64,000 nt of DNA from Longimicrobiales bacterium (GTDB lineage Bacteria > Gemmatimonadota > Gemmatimonadetes > Longimicrobiales > Gaopeijiaceae), in NCBI GenBank assembly GCA_965204735.1, contig OZ242008.1, positions 2,528,001 through 2,592,000 on the forward strand, written 5' to 3'. The position numbers and the translations under genes were made by a program. How positions within the stretch are numbered: the first letter of the stretch is position 1; each line of letters starts with the position of its first letter. Shown one piece after another: positions 20,361 through 29,159 of the stretch. Under the pieces are notes generated by a model. That model was given only the letters and a program-made list of their open reading frames with translations. It had not been told where the DNA came from and did no database searches.

Positions 20361-23300
20361 GACGCACCTCCCGAACGTAACATGCGCCTCTTGAAGAGCG
20401 GGTCCAGCGCCGTCGCTTCGCGGATGAGAGAGCTCCCGTTCACGAGCACTTGATCGGCCCCTTCGGCGAACTTCTGGGCTGCCACGAACTCCTTGTCCCG
20501 GACGAAATCCGCCTCGGCCCAGCCCTCCGTGTCCCGCCAGATCACGACGATCCGCCGCCTGCCGACGGTTCCGGCGTGCACAAGGTACCGCCGTCCGTCG
20601 TCGTGGTGGACTCGGCGCGTCGCCACGCGAAGGCCCAGCAGGTAGGCGAACGTCTCCGGGAGGTCAGCGACGACCTCGCGCACTTGGCCGTTCGCCCCCG
20701 CACGAAGCTTGTACGAGAAGGGCTTGTCCAGATCGAACACGTTCAAGAGCGTCGCGCTGTCCTTCGTCTCCCACCGGAGCATGTACCTGAGGACGTAGCC
20801 TTCGAGCTCCAACGCCCGCTGGCCCGCTTCGCCGTCGAAGCTGATGTTGCTCAGCGCGTCCTCGTAGCTCTCGATCCGCACGTACTTGACGACCTGCGGC
20901 CCCCTCGCCGCTTCCTCCGGCGTCGCCACGCGCTTCGGCTTGCCGTCCTTCCACTCGGGCGCGAAGACGACCTTCTTCAGCCGAGGCAGGAGCATCTGGT
21001 CAAAGTACTCTCCCATCTCCACCAGAACGAACCGCCGGGTGCCCCCGTCGCGGCGGTTGAGATCGACGACCGCGTGTGCCGTGGTGCCGGAGCCGGCGAA
21101 GTAGTCCAGCACTGTTCCGTCGTGACGCGCCAGCAACACGGCGCACCGGTCCACGAGCTGCGTCGGCTTGGGCTTGATCTCGTCGATCAGCCCCCTCATC
21201 TCGCCGTTTCCGAAAAGGTTCAGCAAGAGCTTGGTGGCGTCGGTCGTCGTCTTCACGTCGTCCCACAGCGTCGTGGGCACCATGCCCTTGGCGCGTGCGT
21301 GCCGCAGGTAGCGCTTGCACATCGGCTTGGCCCTGCCTGACCGCCCGAACACAATCTGGCCGGCAGCGAGCAGCCGCTCCGTCTTGGCCGCGTCGAACCG
21401 CCAGCATCGGCCCTCCGGCGGCCAGTGCTCTTCGCCCGTCTCGGGGTTGACGATCGGATACAGCAGGTTCTCTCGAACATTGGGCGCGTCCATGGGGTCC
21501 AGGACCCAAGGCCCCTGCGGATCGTCGTCCGGGTTGGAGAACTTCGAGTCGACGCGCGGCAGTCGGAACTCCGTCTTCTTGGATTCCAGGAACGGCCTGT
21601 CGGCGGCAAAGAAGGTCGTGTGGTTGGTGGAGATCGAGATCAGCGCGTCGTTGGACACCGACTTGCGACTGTTCCAGATGACGTCGGCCACGAAGTTCTC
21701 GCGGCCCCACGTCTGCTCCAGGACCCCTCGCAGCACGGCGTACTCCCCGTCGTCGGTGCTGACGAAGATGCCCGCGCGCCGGGACGCCAGCCTCCGCGAA
21801 GCGGCCAAGCGGTCGTTCATCATCGACAGCCACGAACTGTGCCGATAGTTGTCCTTGTAGACGAACTTCTCGTTCTGGCCGGTGTTGTAGGGCGGGTCGA
21901 TGTAGATGCAGTCCACTTCGCCCCGGTGCCGTTCCTCCAACAGGCCGAGCGCCTGCCAGTTCTCGCCGTGCACCAACGTGCCGGCGGTCATGCCGTCCAG
22001 GTCCTCCCACGAGCCGAGAAGCCGGTCGACGAACGACTGGGAGAAGTGCCGCGTGTCGAGGACGAGCGTCGGATGCTGCCGGAGGAAGGCCAGCCGCGCG
22101 CCCGCTTTGTCCTGGGCCGAGTTGAAGAGGTCGAGGCGTTCTTCGTCCACGCACAGCAGCTCGCGCCACTCGTTCCACTGTTCTTCGCACTCCGCGATCT
22201 CCGGGTGGAACGCTTCGCCTATGCACCTTAGCGTGACGCAGTACTGGGTCTCCGTTACGAACTTGCGCTTCTCCCACAGCATCTTCTGAAAGGACTCGAT
22301 CTGGTCCAAGAAGTCGATGATCCTATGGCCCACGGTTCCGATCACGCGCACCGTCTGAAACCAGCCCTCCGATCTTTCCTCGCCGGCGGTCAGGACGTTC
22401 GCCACGTTCATGACTTCGTTCTTGAGGTAGAAGTCGAGCTCGCCGGTCAGAAACCTCTTCAGGTCCTTGTGAACGAAGTAGTCCGACGTGTTGCGCCTGG
22501 TGTACTGCCGAAGGTGGTGCTCGAGAACCGTCACCACTTCCCCGCCGGCCGTGGTTCGGCGCTCCGCGGTCAGGGCGGCGTGTGCGCGCGTAGCGTTGCT
22601 CGTCTTCGCCAGGTGCTCCGGTATCGCGACGAGCGTGCGAGCAATGATCTCTTCCTGTGCGCCGTTGACGCCCTTCTTGCTGTTGCCGGGGCTCTCGTCC
22701 TTCGTCAACGGGCGGTACTCGAACGGAACCGCAAGGTGAGAGGCCTGGTCGTCCCACGCGATCTCGTCGATCCGAGGCACGAAGAAGCGCCGGTCGCCTT
22801 TGACGTTGTCCTGTTCGACGTCGGCGGCCGCCAGGCGGAAGGCGACGCTGACGCCCTTGGCGTTGAATGCGTAGTCGCGGAAGACCTCCGCCGTCTTGAC
22901 GTAGTACTGATCCTTGTTGGACCAGTGCAGAAGAACCTCTTCGCCGTTGTACGGGACGGCGTAGCGCTGGCGCATCGAGTACCGGCGCTGGGACATGAAG
23001 TCGCCGCGGTCGTAGTATCGGCCGAAGAAGGTGAGCAGGTGGTTGTAGATGTCGAGTTCGATCGCCGTCCGACTTCTGGCGCCGCTCAACGACAGCTCCC
23101 GAAAGCGGAGGTACTTGCGACCCAGCACAGTGTCGTCGTGGGGAGACTTGAGCGATCCGTCGGGCGCGATGGCGTCGGGTGCAATGTATTCCTTGATCTG
23201 CGTGGCCGCTTCCTCCATCTCCTCGGCCGCCCAAGCCTGCTCTTTGAGGATGCCTCGGTCGAGCTCCTCTTCGACGGCAGCGGGCAGGTCCTCGACCACG

Positions 23301-23455
23301 AACTTCTCGATCACGTCGCGCTTGTGGTTCAGTATGCGGTAGACGCCGAAGTCGAGGTCCGCCGATTCGAACTGGAACAGCTCGCGCAACAGGTTCTGGA
23401 ACTTCACGCAAGCGGGGTTGGGCTGCCCGCCGGGCGTCGCTTCTGCGACCGTCAT
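20357..23455 (-). CDS. mod: Type III restriction-modification Mod subunit (large m6A methyltransferase)
   Basis: LFQFESADLDFGVYRILN N-terminus, YIDPPYNTG, KPTQL, LDYFAGSGTT; directly upstream of res. Confidence 0.88.
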   Translation of the reverse strand: MTVAEATPGGQPNPACVKFQNLLRELFQFESADLDFGVYRILNHKRDVIEKFVVEDLPAAVEEELDRGILKEQAWAAEEMEEAATQIKEYIAPDAIAPDGSLKSPHDDTVLGRKYLRFRELSLSGARSRTAIELDIYNHLLTFFGRYYDRGDFMSQRRYSMRQRYAVPYNGEEVLLHWSNKDQYYVKTAEVFRDYAFNAKGVSVAFRLAAADVEQDNVKGDRRFFVPRIDEIAWDDQASHLAVPFEYRPLTKDESPGNSKKGVNGAQEEIIARTLVAIPEHLAKTSNATRAHAALTAERRTTAGGEVVTVLEHHLRQYTRRNTSDYFVHKDLKRFLTGELDFYLKNEVMNVANVLTAGEERSEGWFQTVRVIGTVGHRIIDFLDQIESFQKMLWEKRKFVTETQYCVTLRCIGEAFHPEIAECEEQWNEWRELLCVDEERLDLFNSAQDKAGARLAFLRQHPTLVLDTRHFSQSFVDRLLGSWEDLDGMTAGTLVHGENWQALGLLEERHRGEVDCIYIDPPYNTGQNEKFVYKDNYRHSSWLSMMNDRLAASRRLASRRAGIFVSTDDGEYAVLRGVLEQTWGRENFVADVIWNSRKSVSNDALISISTNHTTFFAADRPFLESKKTEFRLPRVDSKFSNPDDDPQGPWVLDPMDAPNVRENLLYPIVNPETGEEHWPPEGRCWRFDAAKTERLLAAGQIVFGRSGRAKPMCKRYLRHARAKGMVPTTLWDDVKTTTDATKLLLNLFGNGEMRGLIDEIKPKPTQLVDRCAVLLARHDGTVLDYFAGSGTTAHAVVDLNRRDGGTRRFVLVEMGEYFDQMLLPRLKKVVFAPEWKDGKPKRVATPEEAARGPQVVKYVRIESYEDALSNISFDGEAGQRALELEGYVLRYMLRWETKDSATLLNVFDLDKPFSYKLRAGANGQVREVVADLPETFAYLLGLRVATRRVHHDDGRRYLVHAGTVGRRRIVVIWRDTEGWAEADFVRDKEFVAAQKFAEGADQVLVNGSSLIREATALDPLFKRRMLRSGGAS

Positions 23456-23561
23456 TTGTTTCCCGCCTCCGTCGTCTTGGGGTCGGGGCGACACGCTTGC
23501 CAAGCGCACGTCGGGGAGGGGCGGCGTACGCGCCGGAGCGGCCACGCCTGCCCGCCGAAAG

Positions 23562-24359
23562 CTACAGCGACGAGCGGACCGCCCACAGGTCGGGAAACGC
23601 CGGAGCGCCGAGGGTGGAGCGCAGGTAGGCCGCGCCCGAGCTGCCTCCGGTGCCGGGGCGGCCGCCGATCGTGCGCTCCACCATCTTCACGTGACGGTAG
23701 CGCCACTCCTGCACCCCCTCGTCCAAGTCCACCAAGCGCTCGCACAGGCTGGACAGCTCGGGATCGGTCCGGTAGATGCTCACGAGCGTCTCCTGCAACT
23801 TCTCGCTGGGCGCCACGGGCTCGGTCACGTCGCGCTGCAGCACGTCGGTCGGCACGGCGTATCCCCTGCCCGCCAAGAAGCGGACGAACCGGTCCCACAG
23901 CGACGGCGCGTCGAACCGGCTCTCCAGCCGCCCGCGCTCGGAAGAGTCGTCGGGGAACCCCCGCATGATCCCGGGCTGCTTGCGCCCCAGCAGGAACTCC
24001 AGCTCCCGGAACTGGGCCGACTGGAAGCCGCTGGCGGACTCGAGGCGGTCCCGAAACGAGTGGAACTCCACCGGCGTCATCGTCTCCAGGATGTCCAGCT
24101 GGGCGACGAGCACCTTGAGGACGGTCAGGACGCGCTTGAGCGTGCCAGCGGTTCGCGACGCGTCTCCCGCCTCCAAGAGCTTGCCCGCGTGGTCGAGCTC
24201 GTGCAGGACGACCTTGAACCAGAGCTCGTAGACCTGGTGGACCACGATGAAGAGCATCTCGTCGTGCTCCTCCGGGTCCGACAGGGGCGACTGAAGGGAG
24301 AGGAGCTCGGGAACCTTCAGGTAGGTCTGGTAGGTGACGAAGCTGGAGTTGTCGCTCAT
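23562..24359 (-). CDS. kynA: Tryptophan 2,3-dioxygenase
   Basis: TYQTYL, HDEMLFIVVHQVYELWFK, SGFQSAQFRELEF, WRYRHVKMVERTIG..PGTGGSSG. Confidence 0.95.
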   Translation of the reverse strand: MSDNSSFVTYQTYLKVPELLSLQSPLSDPEEHDEMLFIVVHQVYELWFKVVLHELDHAGKLLEAGDASRTAGTLKRVLTVLKVLVAQLDILETMTPVEFHSFRDRLESASGFQSAQFRELEFLLGRKQPGIMRGFPDDSSERGRLESRFDAPSLWDRFVRFLAGRGYAVPTDVLQRDVTEPVAPSEKLQETLVSIYRTDPELSSLCERLVDLDEGVQEWRYRHVKMVERTIGGRPGTGGSSGAAYLRSTLGAPAFPDLWAVRSSL

Positions 24360-26776
24360 TGGCTTGCTCCCGCCGAGGGTCTGCCGTCCCCGCCGATCCC
24401 CAGCCGCGGGGTGAACCCCTGCAACGCTTGATCGTACTGGTCGGGCCACGCCGGGGGATACCCCAGGGCGTAGGCGGCGTGCCGCGTCCAGTAGGGGTCC
24501 CAGAGGTGCGCGCGCGCCATGAGGCAGAGGTCGGCCCGGCCCGAAGCGACGATGCCGTTCACGTCCTCGAACGACGAGATCGCTCCTACGGCCATTGTCG
24601 CGACCCCGACTTCGTGACGGATTCGGTCGGCGAAGGGCGTCTGGAACTGGCGTCCGTAGCGGGGCCGCTGGCAAGGGACGGTTTGGCCCGCCGAGACGTC
24701 CACCACGTCGCATCCGCAGCTCTTGAAGGCCCTGGCGATCTCCACGGCGTCCTCCGGCTCGTTGCCGCCGGGCCACCAGTCCACCGCCGAGAGCCGCACC
24801 GAAACGGGCTTCTCCTCGGGCCACGCCGCCCGCACCGCCGCCAGCACTCGGAGCGGGAAGCGCAGCCGACCGTCCAGGCCGCCGCCGTATTCGTCCTGCC
24901 GCAGGTTGGTCAAGGGGGACAGGAAGCTGGCGAGAAGGTAGCCGTGGGCCATGTGGAGCTCGACGATGTCGAAGCCGGCCTCCTCCGCCATGGCGGCGCC
25001 CCGGGCGAAGTCGTTCACGAGCGCGTCCATGCCGTCTTCGTCCAGCTCGGCGGGAACGGGGCTGTGGTCGAAGTACCCGATCGGCGACGCCGACACGATC
25101 GGCCATCCCCCCTGCTCCAGCGGCTCGTCGGCGCCCTCCCAGTGGAGGCGGGTCGAGCCCTTGCGGCCGGCGTGGCCCAGCTGGACGCCGATCTTGGCGT
25201 GGGTGCGGCGGTGCACGAACTCCACCACCCGACGCCACGCGCCCACGTGCTCTTCCTTGTACAGGCCCGCGCAACCCGGCGAGATGCGCGCAAGCCGGTC
25301 CACGGCGGTCATCTCCGCCATCACCAGCCCCGCTCCGCCGACGGCCCGCGAGCCCAGGTTGACCAAGTGCCACTCGTCCACGGCGCCGTCGCTGGCCGAG
25401 TACTGGCACATCGCCGACACGCCGACCCGGTTGGGCAGGACGAGCTCCCGCAGCCGGAAGGGGGTGAAGAGGGGCGGCGGCGGTCGGGCGTCGCCGGGCG
25501 CCCGCCGGATCCCCAGCGAGGCCTCGTGGCGCGCGATGCTCCGACCCGCCTGCTCCTCGGCCTTGCGGGCGACCCAGCGGTCCATTTCCTCGACGAACGT
25601 CGGGTCCCGCTGCCGAAGGTTCTCGTGGGAGACGCGCAGGCTTCGCGTCAGGAGCGAGAACGCGAACTGAATCGGCTCCAGGCGCATGTGGCGTTCCGTG
25701 TCCTCGAACCACTGGAGGCTGGCTTGGGCGGCGCGCTGGAGCGACTCGACGGCGGGGCGGCGCTCGGCTTCGTACTCGGCCATGGCCTCGCCCACGTCGT
25801 CGTGCCGGTCGAGGGCCCCGGCCAGCGCGATGGCGTCCAGCATGGCAAGGCGGGTGCCGGAGCCGACGGAGAAGTGGGCGGTGTGGGCGGCGTCGCCCAG
25901 AAGGACGACGTGGGCGCCGGCGCCGCTTGGGGGCTCTGCGGGGCCGGCCTCGGCAGTCGGGAACGCATCGGAGTGCGTGCCGCCCGCCGACGCCCAAGTG
26001 GACCAGCGCGCGGTTCGGATCGTCGGGAACCGGCGCCAGCGGGAGCGGTTGCCGACCAGCGGGCAGCCCCCCAGCTCGCGGGCGAAGAGCCGGGAGAGGA
26101 ACGAGATCGTGGTGGGCTCGTGGTCGACCGACATGCCCGCCCGCCGCCATGCGTTCTCCGTGGTCTCGACGATGAACGTGGAGCGGCCGGCGTCGTCGTA
26201 CTGGTAGGCGTGAACCCGCCAGAGGCCGTGTTCGTCCTCCTTGAAGTAGAAGGAGAAGGCGGGAAAGGGCTTGGCGACGCCCAGCCAGACGAAGCGGTTG
26301 GGGCGAAGGTCGGTCTCGGGCTGGAAGGCGTCGGCCAAGCACGTCCGAACGCGACTGCCCGCGCCGTCGGCGGCGACCACCAGGTCGGCCGCCTCCAAGT
26401 GGGGAGACAAGCCCGTCCACGCCGACTCGAAGCGGAGGTCCACGCCGAAGTCGCGGCAGCGGCGGTGGAGCAGCAGGAGGAGCTCGCGGCGGGAGATTCC
26501 GGCGAAGCCGTGCCCGGTGGAATCCAGCCGGCGGCCCTTGTAGTGGACGTGGACGTCGTCCCAGTGGTGGAAGCGCGCCGCAATGGCGGCGTGGGTCTCG
26601 GGGTCGGCGGCCGCCACCTCGCGCAGCGTGTCGTCGGAGAAGACCACGCCGAAGCCGAAGGTCTCAGCCGGGGCATTGCGCTCGAAGACGTGGACTTGGC
26701 GGCTGGGGTCGGCCTTCTTGAGGAGAACGGCGGCGCAGAGGCCTCCCGGACCGCCTCCGATCACGTGAATCCGCAC
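24356..26776 (-). CDS. abmA: Bifunctional anthraniloyl-CoA (2-aminobenzoyl-CoA)/salicylyl-CoA monooxygenase-reductase
   Basis: N-terminal FAD monooxygenase (GGGPGG, TFGFGVVFSD, GDAAHTAHFSVGSGTRLAM) fused to an old-yellow-enzyme domain (MCQYSA, QLGHAGRK, HMAHGYLL). Confidence 0.88.
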   Translation of the reverse strand: MRIHVIGGGPGGLCAAVLLKKADPSRQVHVFERNAPAETFGFGVVFSDDTLREVAAADPETHAAIAARFHHWDDVHVHYKGRRLDSTGHGFAGISRRELLLLLHRRCRDFGVDLRFESAWTGLSPHLEAADLVVAADGAGSRVRTCLADAFQPETDLRPNRFVWLGVAKPFPAFSFYFKEDEHGLWRVHAYQYDDAGRSTFIVETTENAWRRAGMSVDHEPTTISFLSRLFARELGGCPLVGNRSRWRRFPTIRTARWSTWASAGGTHSDAFPTAEAGPAEPPSGAGAHVVLLGDAAHTAHFSVGSGTRLAMLDAIALAGALDRHDDVGEAMAEYEAERRPAVESLQRAAQASLQWFEDTERHMRLEPIQFAFSLLTRSLRVSHENLRQRDPTFVEEMDRWVARKAEEQAGRSIARHEASLGIRRAPGDARPPPPLFTPFRLRELVLPNRVGVSAMCQYSASDGAVDEWHLVNLGSRAVGGAGLVMAEMTAVDRLARISPGCAGLYKEEHVGAWRRVVEFVHRRTHAKIGVQLGHAGRKGSTRLHWEGADEPLEQGGWPIVSASPIGYFDHSPVPAELDEDGMDALVNDFARGAAMAEEAGFDIVELHMAHGYLLASFLSPLTNLRQDEYGGGLDGRLRFPLRVLAAVRAAWPEEKPVSVRLSAVDWWPGGNEPEDAVEIARAFKSCGCDVVDVSAGQTVPCQRPRYGRQFQTPFADRIRHEVGVATMAVGAISSFEDVNGIVASGRADLCLMARAHLWDPYWTRHAAYALGYPPAWPDQYDQALQGFTPRLGIGGDGRPSAGASQ

Positions 26777-26877
26777 GGCGCGCTCCCGCTCACGGCGTCC
26801 CCTGGATCAGGGCGTCCCGGCCGCACCGACAGCCCGGCTGCCGCCGCTGTCCGGCCTGGCCTGGGCCGCGCCCTGGA

Positions 26878-28305
26878 TCACGGCGTCCCCTTCACCAGCG
26901 CACCGCCCACGATCAGCTGCTGGATCTCCGTGGCGCCCTCGTAGATGCGCAGTGCGCGCACGGCCCGGTAGAGGCGGTCCACCGGATGGTCGGCCAGCAC
27001 TCCCCTGCCCCCGAGCACCTGCACCGCCCGGTCGACGACCCTCTGGGCCGCCTCGGTCGAGAACGCCTTCGCCATCGCCGCCTCCACCGTGACCCGCTCC
27101 GCGCCGCGATCGGTCTCCCAGGCGGCCCGGTACGCCAGCAGCCGTCCCGCGGTCAGGTCGATCGCCGAGTCGGCCAGCTTCTGGCGAACCAGCTGAAAGG
27201 AGCCCAGCGGCCGTCCGAACTGCTCCCGCGTCCGGGCGTGGCGGACCGCCTCCCAGAGCGCCCGCCCGGCCATGCCGTTGGCCGCGGCGGCGACCGTGGG
27301 ACGGAGCCGGTCCAGCGTGGCCATGCCGATCTTGAAGCCGTCGCCCTCGTCGCCCAGCCGAGCCGTCGCGGGAACCCGACAGCCGTCGAACCGAACCTCG
27401 CCGAGGGGATGCGCCGTGCTCATGACAAGTTCTTTGACAAAATCAATGCCTATTTTGTCCGCTGAAAGCACGAAGCACGACAGAGATTCACGGGAATTGG
27501 TCGCTGCGGAGCCAGTCTTGACAAATAATACATAGAATTTGGCGATACCCGCATTGGAGATGAACGCCTTGCCGCCGTCGATGCGGTAGTCGTCGCCGTC
27601 GCGTACCGCGGTCGTTGCGATCGAAGCGACGTCCGAACCCGCGTCCCATTCGGTCATTGCGAAGGCGCCCACGGCTTGGCCCGAGAGCGCGCGGGCGCTC
27701 CACGCGACCGGGCTGGGGTCGGCGCAGTCGGGGTGACGGCGGTCGGCGTGACCAAGGTCGGCGCAGTTGAGATCGGCGTGGCTAGGGTCGGCGCGGTCGG
27801 TGTGACCGCGGTCGGCGCGGTTGAGATCGGCGTGGCTGGGGTCGGCGTGACCAAGGTCGGCGCGGTGGAGGTCGGCGTGGCTGGGGTCGGCGTGACCAAG
27901 GTCGGCGCGGTGGAGGTCGGCGTGGCCGGGGTCGGCGTCGCTGGCCGCTTCGTCGCCGAAGATCAGGGCCGGGGTGGCGCTGAGCGCTTGCAGCGCGAAG
28001 GCCGCGTCCGCCAGGGGCGACCACCATGCCAGCGCTTCCCGAGCGACGAGGCACCCCCGCACGTCGCGGGTCGCGATCGGCCGGAAGAGCCCGGCTTGGC
28101 CCATGAGGGCGACCAGCTCCTGGGTGCGCTGCCGGGCGAGCGCGTCGTCGTCGGGGTCGGGCGCGTCGCGGAGGCGCCGGCGGCAGAACGCCGCCACTTC
28201 TTCTCGGTACTCTCGGTGGCGCGGCTCCAGGAACGCGGCGACGGGTTCCAGGGAAAGTCCCTCGCCGTCGAAGACGCCGTGGCCGCGCTCCGCCCCTTCA
28301 CTCAA
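26878..28305 (-). CDS. Acyl-CoA dehydrogenase (AbmD-like) with a repeat insertion
   Basis: AFAMTE..AGSD, GGKAFISNAG, REQFGRPL, IYEGATEIQ. Confidence 0.9.
   Translation of the reverse strand: MSEGAERGHGVFDGEGLSLEPVAAFLEPRHREYREEVAAFCRRRLRDAPDPDDDALARQRTQELVALMGQAGLFRPIATRDVRGCLVAREALAWWSPLADAAFALQALSATPALIFGDEAASDADPGHADLHRADLGHADPSHADLHRADLGHADPSHADLNRADRGHTDRADPSHADLNCADLGHADRRHPDCADPSPVAWSARALSGQAVGAFAMTEWDAGSDVASIATTAVRDGDDYRIDGGKAFISNAGIAKFYVLFVKTGSAATNSRESLSCFVLSADKIGIDFVKELVMSTAHPLGEVRFDGCRVPATARLGDEGDGFKIGMATLDRLRPTVAAAANGMAGRALWEAVRHARTREQFGRPLGSFQLVRQKLADSAIDLTAGRLLAYRAAWETDRGAERVTVEAAMAKAFSTEAAQRVVDRAVQVLGGRGVLADHPVDRLYRAVRALRIYEGATEIQQLIVGGALVKGTP
27710..27936 (-). repeat. In-frame 15-bp tandem repeat encoding AD(L/P)xH/R pentapeptides
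   Basis: ADPGH ADLHR ADLGH ADPSH ADLHR ADLGH ADPSH ADLNR ADRGH ... ADLNC ADLGH. Confidence 0.9.
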
Positions 28306-29149
28306 AGCGCGGGGACCGCTTCTCCCGGAAGGCGTTGTACGCTTCCCGGAAGTTGGGGTTCAGCATGCAGGCGGCCTGGGCGCGGGCCTCGTCCTCCAGC
28401 GCGCCCTCCAGCTCCATGTGGGCCTCGCGGTTGAGGGCGTCCTTCGTGACTTCCAGGGCGAAAGAGGGTCCTCGGGCAAGCGCTTCGGCGAGCTCGGCAG
28501 CGGCGGTCGGCACGTCCGCGTCCGGCACGACCCGGTTGTAGAGGCCGATCCGGTGGGCCTCGTGGGCGTCCACGAAATCGCCCGTCACGAGAAGTTCGGT
28601 GGCGCGTCCCAGGCCGACGATCCGCGGGAGCATCCACGCCGCTCCCATGTCGGCGCCGGAGAGCCCGACCCGGGTGAAGAGGAAGGCGATGCGGGCCGAC
28701 TCGGCGGCGACTCTGACGTCGCACGCCGCGGCGATCACGGCGCCCGCCCCGGCCACCGTGCCGTTGAGCGCCGCGATCACGGGCTTCCTGCACCTGCGGA
28801 TCGCCAGCACCAAGTCGCACGTCGCGCGGGTGAACTCCAGCAGTCCCTCGTACTCCCGTTCGAAGAGGGCGCCGATGATCGACTCCACGTCGCCCCCGGT
28901 GCAGAACCCGCGCCCGGCGCCGGTGATCACCACCGCCCGGACCTTCGGGGCCGCGTCCAGCGACCTGAACGTCGATCGCAGTTCGTCGTACACCTCGAAG
29001 GTCAGGGCGTTGAGCCGCTCCGGCCGGTTGAGCGTAATGCGCGCAACGGCGGTGGCGTCGTCGAAGTCCAGCAGGAAGGAGTTGGGGGCGATCAGCTCCA
29101 ACGGGCGCTCCCGGTCGGCCGGCGGGTCCGCGGAGCGGGTCGGGCGCAC
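28298..29149 (-). CDS. Enoyl-CoA hydratase family protein (AbmC-like)
   Basis: ITLNRPERLNAL, FCTGGD, KPVIAALNG.VAGAG, FTRVGLSGADMG. Confidence 0.9.
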   Translation of the reverse strand: MRPTRSADPPADRERPLELIAPNSFLLDFDDATAVARITLNRPERLNALTFEVYDELRSTFRSLDAAPKVRAVVITGAGRGFCTGGDVESIIGALFEREYEGLLEFTRATCDLVLAIRRCRKPVIAALNGTVAGAGAVIAAACDVRVAAESARIAFLFTRVGLSGADMGAAWMLPRIVGLGRATELLVTGDFVDAHEAHRIGLYNRVVPDADVPTAAAELAEALARGPSFALEVTKDALNREAHMELEGALEDEARAQAACMLNPNFREAYNAFREKRSPRFE

Positions 29150-29159
29150 AGGGCTCGGT

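Noticed and set aside
17212..23545. Target-site duplication flanking the Type III R-M cassette
   Set aside because: Only a weak gapped GC-rich similarity (GGCCGC..CCGG.GCG) between the flanks; not distinguishable from chance.
27515..27545. dif (XerCD) site within the AT-rich patch
   Set aside because: Minus-strand TTATTTGTCAAG resembles an XerD arm only with extra bases, and there is no matching XerC arm.
27421..27560. Diversity-generating retroelement variable region as the cause of the AT-rich patch
   Set aside because: No reverse transcriptase or template repeat in the window; the patch is mid-gene in a metabolic enzyme and enriched in A/T.
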